From Macrostomum hystrix (Eukaryota > Animalia > Platyhelminthes), in NCBI GenBank assembly GCA_950097015.1, contig CATNEN010000037.1, positions 2,914,001-2,978,000 of the forward strand: a DNA stretch of 64,000 nucleotides, in the 5' to 3' direction. Under the pieces are notes generated by a model. That model was not told the origin of the DNA. It did not search any database and worked only from the letters and a program-made list of their open reading frames with translations. Each line of letters begins with the position of its first letter. Position 1 is the stretch's first letter. The translations under genes were made by a program, and so were the position numbers. Positions 26,026 through 37,654 of this stretch are shown one piece after another.

Positions 26026-26330
26026 GGAGGTTGTAACCTAGTGGTTGGAGCATCAGACTCACCACTTGAAGGTAGGGGGTTCGATTCCCGACTCCACTGG
26101 AACAATGTGTCCTATAGCAAGACACTTAACTCTGCATTGCTTCAGTTCACCCAGCTGTTGAATGGCTACCGGCATTAGCTGGGTAATTGAAGGTGGGTGT
26201 GGCGTCCCCCCAGTCCATGGACTGAACAGCTGTACGCAGCCTTCAGATGCGCTGCGCAATAGCTGCGGCTGTGCTGTCGGCTGCACATCTGGCCCAATTG
26301 GGGAAGGGGCAATCCATTATTATTATTAAT
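26026..26330 (+). mobile_element. SINE family A
   Basis: Collinear with 23040-23330. Possible TSD ACTACAG (26020-26026, 26339-26345). Confidence 0.85.
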
Positions 26331-26941
26331 AATATTATACTACAGATTAGAAAATTATTTTGTTCTCTACTAGAGAAAGAAAAAAAGTAGGCAGAGCTGC
26401 TGGAGTAATAAGTTGTTTTAAAATCAGTGGCTAGGATAAACTAGGATATCAGCGGAATTTCATAACAAAAATTTTAAACACGCAGACAGCAAGTCCAATT
26501 AATACGACCAGTAGCATGACTACATTCGTGCGTGTGGTAGTGAAAGATTTAAAAATACAAATTTCTTAAAAGTACAGTTTGCTTGTATTTCTTAGAATAA
26601 AAATTATTTGGGGCAGTAAATACTTAGGACTGAGAACAGTTTGCACTTTACAACACCTGCAAATTATGCTTACAAACTTGAGTAAAAACGTTTAATTTTC
26701 AACCTGAATTAGCAAACAAGAACACATCCTGCTAAAGCCTGGATGCCAATAAGAAGCAGCAGGACCAGCAAAAAATATAACTTTTAGAAGAGCTTAAAAG
26801 GTTTCATAAAATTATTCTATAGTAAAATTTATCTGGCACACATGAATACATACAAGGGACTTTTTGTAAATTTGAAGGGGCACAAGCTTCTCTATAATAT
26901 ATTGAGATTTCCTCTAGGATACCGGACGATTCCTAGGCAAA

Positions 26942-27030
26942 CTGGATTTCCCTTGGAAACGGGATTTCCCTTGAATTCGGGATTTCCCTTGGACACGTGA
27001 TTTCCCTTGGGACGGGATTTCCCTTGGACT
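26942..27030 (+). repeat. Five 17-18 bp units with core GATTTCCCTTG
   Basis: Direct inspection; three units contain GGGATTTCCC. Confidence 0.9.
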
Positions 27031-27417
27031 TACCATTTTCTTAAATCTTCTAAGCATTTTTTAATTTAACATTTATCATAAAAAATATATAAATATCTAT
27101 TTGCTGCTTGCTACAATAATAAAAGTATGAAAAACCAGCCAAAAGAAACTGAAAATGAGCTGTTGTAAGTAAACTATGAGTACATAACCCTACTCATAAA
27201 ACTACAAGATATTTCATAAAAGACAAACAACTGTGACGATTGCCAAAATTATCGAAAAATAATTGCAGAAGTCAAATATACATTTTGTAAGTAGAGATAA
27301 TACAGATTAACATCGAGGTAAGCAAAGATAAACAGCTAGCACAGAAAACGCCTCCATAGGCGTTGTACAAACGGAAAATAGAGCTTCCGTTCACTCACTA
27401 GAGGACTCAGGGGTCAG

Positions 27418-30400
27418 TCAGTCTGCTGGTTCCAGCTGACTGCGCTGACGCTGCCTGCGGGCCAGAGCAAAGTCCGGCGACTTGGCGACAGTCAGCGGCT
27501 TGTCGCTTCGCTGGATTCGCATCGGCTTGTAGTGCCGAATCGGGTGCGCTTTGGGCACAGAGGCCGCCCGCAGCTGCAGGAGCTGCTCGTGCTCCCGCCT
27601 GCAGAGGCTCTCCTTGCGCTGCTGGCGGAGCTGCTCGTGGTGCCGCTCCCGCTGTTGGCGCAGCTGCTCCCATTTGGAGCGCAGCTGGCAGCGGCCCTCA
27701 GTTGCTAGGCGGGGTGCCGCCGAGGCTGAAGCCGCTCCATCAATGCTGCTGGGGCCCAGCGAATCGGTTGGCGAAGAACTCTGCAACGGCTGACTGTCTG
27801 GACTGTCCTGGGTGTCTAAAGAAAAGTCGGGGCATGAACTATTATATGTTATTAGTAAAGACTACAAAAGTATTTTATGCATATCTACTTGGTAATTTTA
27901 ATGTACTGTTCTCATGTTTTCCTCAGAAGTTACAGTTAAAAATTTATAAAGCTAATGGCAAATGTAACAAAGAATGACTCTATGGCTCATAGGCAAAATG
28001 CAGAAACTTTTTAAATGAATTTCATAGCTGCTAAGAAACTACTATAGGGTAATGTATCATCAACCGAACAGTGTATTTTCAAAACCGAACAAGAATTTTG
28101 ACTTCTTCCTTGGTCTCGTGCAAGACAGAAACAAGCTATTGTGTTTCACAGAACAACTAATTTGAAAGTTGAAGAAATTATCTACAAGCTGAGGCATGAT
28201 GTGCAATGAAGCATTAAGAGGAAAGAGAGATATTGATGTTTCAGTAGAATTTTTTATTGCAAAAGCATACTTTTTAACAACATTTTTAGTATGTACTTTA
28301 GACGAAGATTGTATGTGGTTGCTTGCCAATTAAATGACCATAAATGCAGTTATTTATAGAGCATGAAAAATGCTTTCAAATTACATAATTCATGATAGTT
28401 CACTCCTTAAAATAAGATTAAACAAATCACTCAAATTTTACAACCAAACATCAAATTCTCTGTTTGGTTTGAAGATACATGAAAATCATTGTTCGGTTTT
28501 AGATAAAAAGCAGGAATAACTTTTTTCTATTTGATAAAATAGCAAAAGCAGATACTTTTTAGAAAGATGTAACTGTTTTCTATAACTTGGCTTTTCATTT
28601 ATCATCATATCTTAAATAGAAAATCTGTAGCTTAGGTTTGAAGTTAAAAAAAATACACATTCTTGTTTGGTTGATCATACATTACCCTAACCTACAATAT
28701 GGCATTGAGCAGATATGAACAAATAATAAAAATAACAATATTCAATAAGAGCTTATAGTATTATTTACATAGTAAAGTAGATTATAGCTATTATACATAT
28801 ATATAAAGCAAACCAAAAATGCTTTAGGCCTTTTCTAATCTATAAACCTCCTGTCGAATTTGATTAATGATAGTTTTTCAAATATACTTATTTATTTTTT
28901 AGAAAAAATTGTATAATATACTCTTCTATACAACCTACAATAAAAATCTTAACTACAGGTATACATACATGCGCAACCTCCCAAATCTTAGCTGGCCGTG
29001 CGACTTAGTTTTTGCTCTCATTTGCGACTTAGTTCATTTCATTGCTCTATTTACGACTTAGTTTGCTCTCATTTGCTCTCTTTTTCTCTCCCCTTTTTCC
29101 TTTTCTTCACGCCTTCCTTTTTTGTCCCTTGGTCCCCCCTTTGATTTTTTTGCGCTTGGTCAATTGGTTTTTGTGACTTACCTTGCTTGGCCCTCGTTTC
29201 ACCCGGCCAGTTCGGCCGGGTCGGCCGGGTGTTGCGCATGTATGCAGGTATAGCCATAGGATCTAGTTTAAAATTTGCTACTAGTGTAGCACTTTTGCTA
29301 GAAGTGAAAGCTAAAGAAATATTTAAGTGGCAATGCTTATTGGCACTGAATGGTGCTGAATTATATATGTATCCATATAAAAAATGTCCACCTTATCTGT
29401 ACTACAGCTTGCTAGAGTAGTCTACCACATTGTATATGTATATGCCTGCCATGCAAATGCCTACAATGCTTTATGCAAAAAAGCTAGGCTTGGCCTATTT
29501 GATAAATTATTATTTGACATTCTATCTATTAACTGTATCATGGACCCCAGAGCAAACTTGCCTATGCCCCATAGTCCGGATCATGTCGTTTACGCCGGAG
29601 ATCTCCGGCGTAAATCTGGTTTGGGATCGGAGGCTGGCGTAAGTGCTTGGCGTAAGTATAGGCCAAAATGTGCCTTGGCGTAAGTGCTTGGCCTAAGTAC
29701 ATGGCATAAATCAAGTGGCGTAAATGTCAGCACAAATGAGATCATTCACAATCAAATGTATCACAATAGAACATAACACATTTGCGTTAATTATGATGTT
29801 AAGGAGCAGCATTAAAACAAAGTTCATTAAAATATTGCAGTTCGTATAAATGAGATAGCAGAATATCTATTGTAGGATAGCAAAAGTTTTTTTAGCTTTA
29901 ATATGCTTACTTTGATACTTGATTCAGAATTTGCAACTTGTGAGATTTTTAAACAGTTGCAACTTCTGAATTTAATTAATCACCGATTAACAAGAATTGT
30001 GAAGGACCTTTTTTTGGGTGGCGTAAGTCAGAGGGACCTTTTTTGGTTGGCGTAAGTCTGGCGTAAGTGCCAAAAAATGTTGGATTTTTCCTCCGGCGTA
30101 AGTCCAGCATGATCCGGACTATGGCCTATGCCACTGTATACAGGCTTTAGACTATTCTTTAGTTTCCAGACAAGGAAATCTAAAAGTAGGCCTACAATAT
30201 AGGTTTTATTAGGCCCATATTGCTACACCATATTCATATATTCATATTGAAATACATAGCAATTAGGGTACTTACCCCTGCTCTTTGAAGACTTTAGTGA
30301 CCCTGATGCTGTTGCACCACAATAAGTACTCTCTTCTATTACAGAAAGCTTGTCTGAAAAAATTTCATTTGCTGGCTGGTGGCTTGAAAAGCCCATTTTT

Positions 30401-30540
30401 ATTGTAGACTCTGTTGAATCTGACTGACGAAAAAACCAAGAATCATCTACCTGAGCTTGTTCAATACTTTCTAGCCTTCGTGGACAGTCGAAATCATCAA
30501 AAATATTATTATCGGAGTGTGAGTCAGGTTTAAACTCCAT
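27418..30540 (-). CDS. TPX2: TPX2-like protein, two-exon model (30540-30276, 27815-27418), 220 aa
   Basis: N-terminal FDDFDCPR...VDDSWF resembles the Aurora-A-binding motif. C-terminal VPKAHPIRHYKPMRIQRSDKPLTVAKSPDF resembles the TPX2 C-terminal domain. The phase-1 GTAAGT donor matches the phase-1 TTTAG acceptor. Confidence 0.75.
29569..30124. mobile_element. MITE (556 bp) in the TPX2-like intron
   Basis: 17-bp perfect TIR CCATAGTCCGGATCATG, 8-bp TSD CCTATGCC (29561-29568, 30125-30132), and many subterminal GGCGTAAG motifs. Confidence 0.88.
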
Positions 30541-32674
30541 AGTTGGCAGTATTGAAGTTAGGAATTAAAAAAACTTATAATATGCCTAGCTACTACCTAG
30601 CTAATGAGAAAATATGTTCAGTGACGTCAAACGTTTAGCGAAAATCTACTTAAACCACACTAATCTATTAGTTGATGAAAGGATAAAGGAAATGTTGCAG
30701 TGGATACGCGTAACTAGAATTCAAGAAACGCCTTTTAAGACTCCACTTCAGTTAAGCTGTGACGCTAGTGATGCAGTTGAATGCCACGAGCACGTGAGTA
30801 AATAGCGGATATTTTAAATCAATGCGTGAAAACGCGTTCTGTCGAAGACCCGGAATGTTTAAATATGATTTTGCTTTGTGCTAAACTTTTAGTCTGCTTC
30901 CCTGTCATGGTGACAATTCCAGGACTCACTTTTACGAACTTCTGTAGTATATGCCCTTTACTCTGGCTTCTGGAAGTTTTATTCTCCTTTAGCGTCATGT
31001 AATATCCTGAGTGTTCTATCTTCGCGTGAAAATATATGTATGCGCCCCTCCCTATTAATTGCCACTCTGTATCGTTTTCTACCAGTGTGACAGCCAATTC
31101 AATCGATTTTGAAGCCTCCACTATGCTATCCGTTAGACAGACCACTCTGCCTGCCTGACTATTGAAATAAACAGTTGCCGACTTCGGTGTCCATTTTTGT
31201 AAACATTAAAATCCTGTCTATTTTAGCGTAGCGCTACTTCCAACGAATTTTGAACTCATATATCCTATGGATTTTCGCATGCTGTATCGTGAACATGTGT
31301 CTAAAGTCTTAACTAAAGTTCCAAGTCCCACTATACTTCCACTAAGTTCCCACTAAGTTTCAAGTCCTAGCATTGTCTATTTTCATAATCTATTATTCTT
31401 GCTGCTCATAGGCGGTACTTTTCGGTTATACTTCTACTCAACTCATCCAAGTGCTGGGATATAGTAAAAATATTAGTTAAATATATAGTGTATTCTTATG
31501 AGCTAAATAGACATTTTAAGGCCTCGAGCATTCTAGCCAATTCCAAGTCTGTCATACGTCACCGGACTACTGGCCGACGGGCAAAACATCGCACGAGTAG
31601 ATCCCATGACGTGAACACGAATTTTAAAAAATAGGAAAAAGAGGAAAAACAACAACAATTTACTTTAACAGAGACTATATAAGGATTTCTGACAGGCTAG
31701 TGTGTCTGTGTGTAGTAATTTTTTATTTAAACATTTGTAATATGTAAGCATACACAAATCGTAATGTAAGAGATGAGCTTTTAGGTACTCGCAAATTACG
31801 GAACTAAATGTATGCTGGACATTGCTCATCAAAACCAGCAGTGGCCTAGAGGGCAAGCGAAGCCTATCTGTAACGAAACATTCTTATATGCTCGCAGTAA
31901 ATAGGCAACTGGTACTGTTATAGGTGCGAGAGCAATATCTATCACAGCCTGCAACGGTTGGCCACGTTAACAATTAGAGCCATGCAGCATTTTTTTTATT
32001 AATCAGGTTAAAAACTGCAGCTATTACAGCAAATAGATATTTCATAAAACAATGGCTGTGATTCAGACTGATTGATAATCGACTGACAAAAATCAATAAC
32101 ACAAATCAAATACGAATAGTCGGCGCATTAACAGAGAATTTCAGATTAAGCTCAGCTATCAGAAGAAGCTAAAGAAGACAAAAGCAGGCCGATGTAATCC
32201 AATTGACAGTTCAGTTATGCGCGACGTCTACTGCCAATTATAAAGATTTGTTGCTGGCCTTGAGTTATACGCTCGTACAAGCATCTTAGATAGACAATCC
32301 TCGATGCTCCATATGGGCACAAACGGTTAGTTTGCACTATTTGGAGACAGAAGCATTGCAGAATAGATCGACTTTGGAGTCCACCAAATTGTTTAAACAC
32401 AGCACAGATTAATTTGCAATAGATGATGGGACTTGGCCCTAAAGGGCACACTAATTTATGAGTGTGACCAGACACTGCACACAGAGCAGACAGACAATGG
32501 AGCATCAGAACACGCAATACAAGATTGAATATGAAAATTTAACAAAGAAAAAAATAACACTGAAAGCAATGACAGCAAGGAAAGGAAGAATGGGTTGGGG
32601 CAAGCAATTGAATTGCCGAATTTGGTCACCGACGACCGTGCAGGCGAAACACGCGCGAGTCACGTACAGCCATC

Positions 32675-35366
32675 TCAAAAAAACTGATTTTCGGCTTCAA
32701 AAGCGTTGTTGACGACGCCGGCGCCACTGCCGCCGCCATTCTCGGGACCAGGATTTTCGTTACGAGGTGAGCTAGATGTCGGAGCAGCAGCTGGCCGCTT
32801 GACAAACCTGGGCACCACTTCCACTTCGCCACAGTCGCTAGGCCGATCAGCTGGCGACTGGCTTGACACCGAGACCCTAGCGGAGTTTCGCACATTGGGT
32901 CTCGGTGATAATTGAGGCATGTCTGCTGGAGGCTCTACACGGACATCGTCGGGCCCTACAGCTGCGGACGAGCCCAGGTATCGCTCCAAGTCCAGATTGG
33001 CAAAGTCCGTCATGCACGTCAGCACGAAGCTCGGAAAACTCTCTCCAGGCGGCGCCTCGACGCTGTATTCATCCGGGCCGCCGGCCGTGTCAACGTCGCG
33101 CACAGCGAAGGAGCCGGTGACGCGAACGTGAAGGAGGAAGCGGCGAGAGGAGTATTCCACCGGCGTGCTGCACTCGCGATTGCGCCTGATCGCGGCGCTG
33201 TCAATCTCGCAGGGCACGTGCAGACGCCGGGCGCCCGAAGATGACAGTGGTGCCATCTGAATGCCGCTTGTTGAGGCTGCAACTCCAGCGGCAGCTGAAG
33301 CAATCGCCGATGCCATGGCCGTCGCCGGTACCATGATTGGGTGCCGGTAGCCGTAGCGTGCGGGTCGGCATCTGATGAATTTGAGCAGAAAATCTTAAGC
33401 GCTTGATGCAGAATGTTGTTTTCTAATCTCATTGTGCTTATCATCTCCAAATTGGTAATCAACCACGCTTAAAGGGAAGTGGGCATAATGGCGAAAATGA
33501 ACAGTGAGGTCATGAAAGGCTGTAAATAAGCAAGCATGTTAACTGCAATTAAGAGACACGTTGAAACTTTGAACCATAATTTGAGAGACACTGAGACAAA
33601 AAGTATAAAACTTTAAGAAAATAAGCTATTGTTCCCATAGCTTAAAAATATTTCACTTACAGGAAAAGTAAAAAATTGATACTTTAATAAGCATCCCACT
33701 TTATCACATTCAATCTAGTGCTGTCCCGCAGCCATATGCCTAGCCCCATGTCCCTTGTTGCTCTACTCACCTGCCGGAGGCTCTGGCTCGCTTTCGTCGG
33801 ACCCTCTTGACTAATGAGCGGCCGCTGGCCTCGTCTCTGTGCAGGTAAAGCAGAGCTGGAGCGCGGAAAATCTCGCGCATGTCCCAGCTGACTGTGCGGC
33901 CAGCCACCCTGGCTAGAACCCGGCGCCGGCAGGGGCAGCAGCTGAGCACGCCCGCGCCGTGGTAGTCCGGCGTGAAAACGAGACCCTGCAGATCCAACTC
34001 CGAGATGTCGCTTTGACAGCGCACGAAAGCGCAGAGCAGTAGCCGGCAGAGATACCTGTTGAGAACAAAGGAAGAGAGATGAGAACAGATTGAGAGAGAT
34101 GAGAACAGATTGACAGAGATGAGAACAGAGTGAGAGAGATGAGAACAAAGAAAGAGAGATGAGAACAGATTGAGAGAGATGAGAACAGAGTGAGAGAGTT
34201 GAGAACAGAGGAAGAGAGATGAGAACAGATTGACAGAGATGAGAACATATTGAGAGAGATGAGAACAGATTGAGAGAGATGAGAACAGAGTGAGCGAGAT
34301 GAGAACAGAGTGAGAGAGATGAGAACAGAGGAAGAGAGATGAGAACAGAGTGAGAGAGATGAGAACAGAGGAAGAGAGATGAGAACAGAGGAAGAGATAT
34401 GAAAACAGAGGAAGAGAGATGAGAACAGAGGAAGAGAGATGAGAACAGAGTGAGAAAGATGAGAACAGAGGAAGAGAGATGAGAACAGAGTGAGAGAGAT
34501 GAGAACAGAGGAAGAGAGATGAGAACAGAGTGAGAGAGATGAGAACAGATTGAGAGAGATGAGAACAGAGTGAGCGAGATGAGAACAGAGTGAGAGAGAT
34601 GAGAACAGAGGAAGAGAGATGAGAACAGAGTGAGAGAGATGAGAACAGATTGAGAGAGATGAGAACAGAGTGAGCGAGATGAGAACAGAGTGAGAGAGAT
34701 GAGAACAGAGGAAGAGAGATGAGAACAGAGTGAGAGAGATGAGAACAGAGGAAGAGAGATGAGAACAGAGGAAGAGATATGAAAACAGAGGAAGAGAGAT
34801 GAGAACAGAGGAAGAGAGATGAGAACAGAGTGAGAGAGATGAGAACAGAGGAAGAGAGATGAGAACAGAGTGAGAGAGATGAGAACAGAGGAAGAGAGAT
34901 GAGAACAGAGGAAGAGAGATGAGAGATGAGAACAGAGTGAGAGAGATGAGAACAGAGGAAGAGAGATGAGAACAGAGGAAGAGAGATGAGAACAGAGGAA
35001 GAGAGATGAGAACAGAGGAAGAGAGATGAGAACAGAGGAAGAGAGATGAGAACAGAGGAAGAGAGATGAGAACAGGTTCGAGTACAGGGAATCAAATCAG
35101 GCCAAGCAAAGCAGCGATCCGCGTCCCACCTGGCCACCCGCCTGACGTCCTCCTGGCCGTGCAGGGAGCCCAACTGCCACTCGTAGACCAGGCAGAACTG
35201 GCGCAGCAGCCGCAGCGCTATGGCCTTCGTCTTCTCGGCTGAGTCCGCGTCGCCAAGGAGCCGGCCGAGCCGCGAGTTTGGCCGAGCTCCGCGGCCGCGC
35301 CGATTGGCCAGGCTCGACCAGGCCTGCTCACTGCTGCTCAGAAAGTCGCGCAGCTTCTGGTCATAG
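32675..35366 (-). CDS. Uncharacterised multi-exon gene, 3' part (35366-35130, 34055-33771, 33371-32675; possible upstream exon near 36590-36470)
   Basis: Three phase-2 junctions with GT/AG give one open frame (YDQKLRDFL...RYLCRLLLCAF...WDMREIFRAPAL...CRPARYGYR...). No family recognised. Confidence 0.65.
34058..35075 (+). repeat. 20-bp GA-rich minisatellite filling almost a whole intron
   Basis: GAGATGAGAACAGAGGAAGA and variants, roughly 50 units. Confidence 0.97.
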
Positions 35367-35649
35367 CTAGATGACTGCGGTCATTTTGCAATTAGAGGTT
35401 CGGTGCGGTGAACAAAAGTCATGGACAACAGGGGCAAATTTAATCACATTTTTAGGGAGAACGCAATGCAAAATTTGAGACATCGTGTTTCATCGAGCAC
35501 GTCTGGGATGTTATGAAAATGGCCATTCTTAAGGGGGAACCCTTTTCACAGCATGAGAATGAAGCATAAAGTCTTGTCTAGCTCACAATTCTCTGCTTGC
35601 CTTAAATCAGGTATGTACTGCATTCGTGCTGTAAAGTGTCTACTAAAAA

Positions 35650-35974
35650 CAGCGGTCAGCAAACATATAGCTAGCGGGCCAAAGAGAGAACCTTAAAGAC
35701 GACAGTGGGCCGCCTTGATTGTAGAAATACAAGAAATGAGAAAAGATGAGACAGGAGACGTGACGTGGAGATGAGACTCGGAAGTGATGAGACACGGGAG
35801 AGACGAGACAGGGGAGAGATGAGACATGGGAGAGACAAGACATGGGAGAGTTGAGACATATGTGAGATGAGACATGGAAGAGTCGAGACATGGGAGAGAC
35901 GAGACACGGGAGAGTTAGGACATAGGAGCTTCGAGGCCGCATGTGGCCCGCGGGCCGTATTTTGCCGATGCCTG
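35650..35974. mobile_element. hAT-type MITE related to 1039-1335, in the opposite orientation
   Basis: Ends CAGCGGTCAGCAA / TTGCCGATGCCTG, shared GGCCCGCGGGCCACATGCGGCC-like subterminal sequence and TCTCATCTC-like internal repeats. The TSD is degenerate. Confidence 0.65.
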
Positions 35975-37654
35975 TTCTAGAAGTTGCAATAATTTTAACT
36001 TTATGAACCCAGAGAACTGGAATAACCTGAAACCCGGCTAGGCAAACTCTAATAGCTTTTATGCAGCCAGACTAAGTCAGCTTTCCGTAGAATTAGAAAA
36101 ATAAGAAGACAAATTAGTAGATTTTTAATTTGGAAGTTGATACTGTTTCTTAGTTAAAATGTTGATTATATGTTAAAAATAAGGATCGTTATTTACGACT
36201 GTTTATATTCTCGTAATAAAACGAAGCAGACAAAATACTGGATAAATATTTGTCTTGTAGACACAGAAGCGTGTATTAAACATACTGCGGACTGCTAACT
36301 TGAAAAACTGACATTTTTATAAGCATTAAATATTCGACTTGATTCTGACTGGAGTAAAACTATTTATTATTTAAAATCGCAATAATGCAGATTAATCAAA
36401 TAGCATCGAAGTTTAACTCAAAGGTGCTGGTACAAAAAAGAGAACAAAAAACTGGCGTGCTTTAATCACCTGGTCCGTCTGCTCTTGAACAATTTCGGTG
36501 CCGTGAAAACTAGCCAACACTGGCTGCAAATTGGTGCCAATAGTTGCTGCTGCTGCTGCTGATGATGCCACAGACTGTCCAGCATTACACGCCACGGTAT
36601 AACTGACTCATTCATGCACCACTGTGCCTACCAACTACTAGCAACATTCACTGGCTCTGTCCAATGCTGGTCTTACTAATGCCGCTAAATATTCGACCGC
36701 TAAGAATGTAAACTAATGGAAAGGGATAGAGAGAAACAGACAATCAGACAGGGCTTCAACTGGCTTCGCTACATAACTAAAAAACCAGGTGAAGAAAGCC
36801 AAGCTAATGCCGTGTTATAGGCTGGGCTAATACAGACAGACTCTGGTTTAGTAAATAGGAAAAGTCCGAGAGAGAATGGACAGAGGGAGGGAGGGAAGGC
36901 GCGATAAGGTGAGTACGATTCCCGACAACGTAGCTGCAAGCGCTCAACCCCTCACTAGCTCTCTACCCCCATCTAGCCAGCGGTAGGACCAGAGGGCGGG
37001 GTGGCTGCGCAGAGCTCAGGCCGGCCTCCACACCCACCCTCCAAGCAATAGCAGCAGGCTTCAACATTTTTGTTACTAAAAATAGCAACTAGAAAATGCT
37101 CTAACCGCTTTCTAGAGTTCTTGCGTTCACTACCAGCACACACACAACAGACGCAGAACTATTTTGCAGAGGCCAAGTGGCAGAATTAAGCATACCAAAC
37201 ACTGAGCCCTACCTAATATACATATGATTCAACATTTTATATCTCACGTTCTCACTGTTCTAAGGTCTATAGTACGATGCTTTTAATCAATTTATAATAA
37301 GCAAGATGGAATAAAATACGGACAAAAAAGGCGCGAATTCGCTGATTATTTTCCGGCTTCAATTACGCAACGTAGGCTACAATGGGACAGAAAAAAGCGA
37401 ATGAAAGTTGTCAATTATTGATTCGATACGGTTAGATACCAAACTGAAAAATGACAGATAATTAACTGACTTTTATGATGATAGGAGGTTAAGATAGGCG
37501 GTAGGTACACACCCATAATAGCTATATTTTTAGTTTTCTTTAGTATATCTTTAGTATTGTAGATAGGAGATGTACTTTTACTACAGTTATATTCCCGGCA
37601 TTCAGTTAAAGAAAACAAACAAGCCGGTTCGTCTATTGTACATCAATTAATTCC

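Noticed and set aside
30819-31205. Minus-strand open frame with a faint EVH1/PH-like look (KWTPKSATVYF...)
   Set aside because: No in-frame ATG or convincing splice sites, and the similarity is too weak to support without a profile search.
33767-35173. 468-aa ORF with an LCSHLS repeat
   Set aside because: Read-through of the satellite intron; only the flanking parts are exons.
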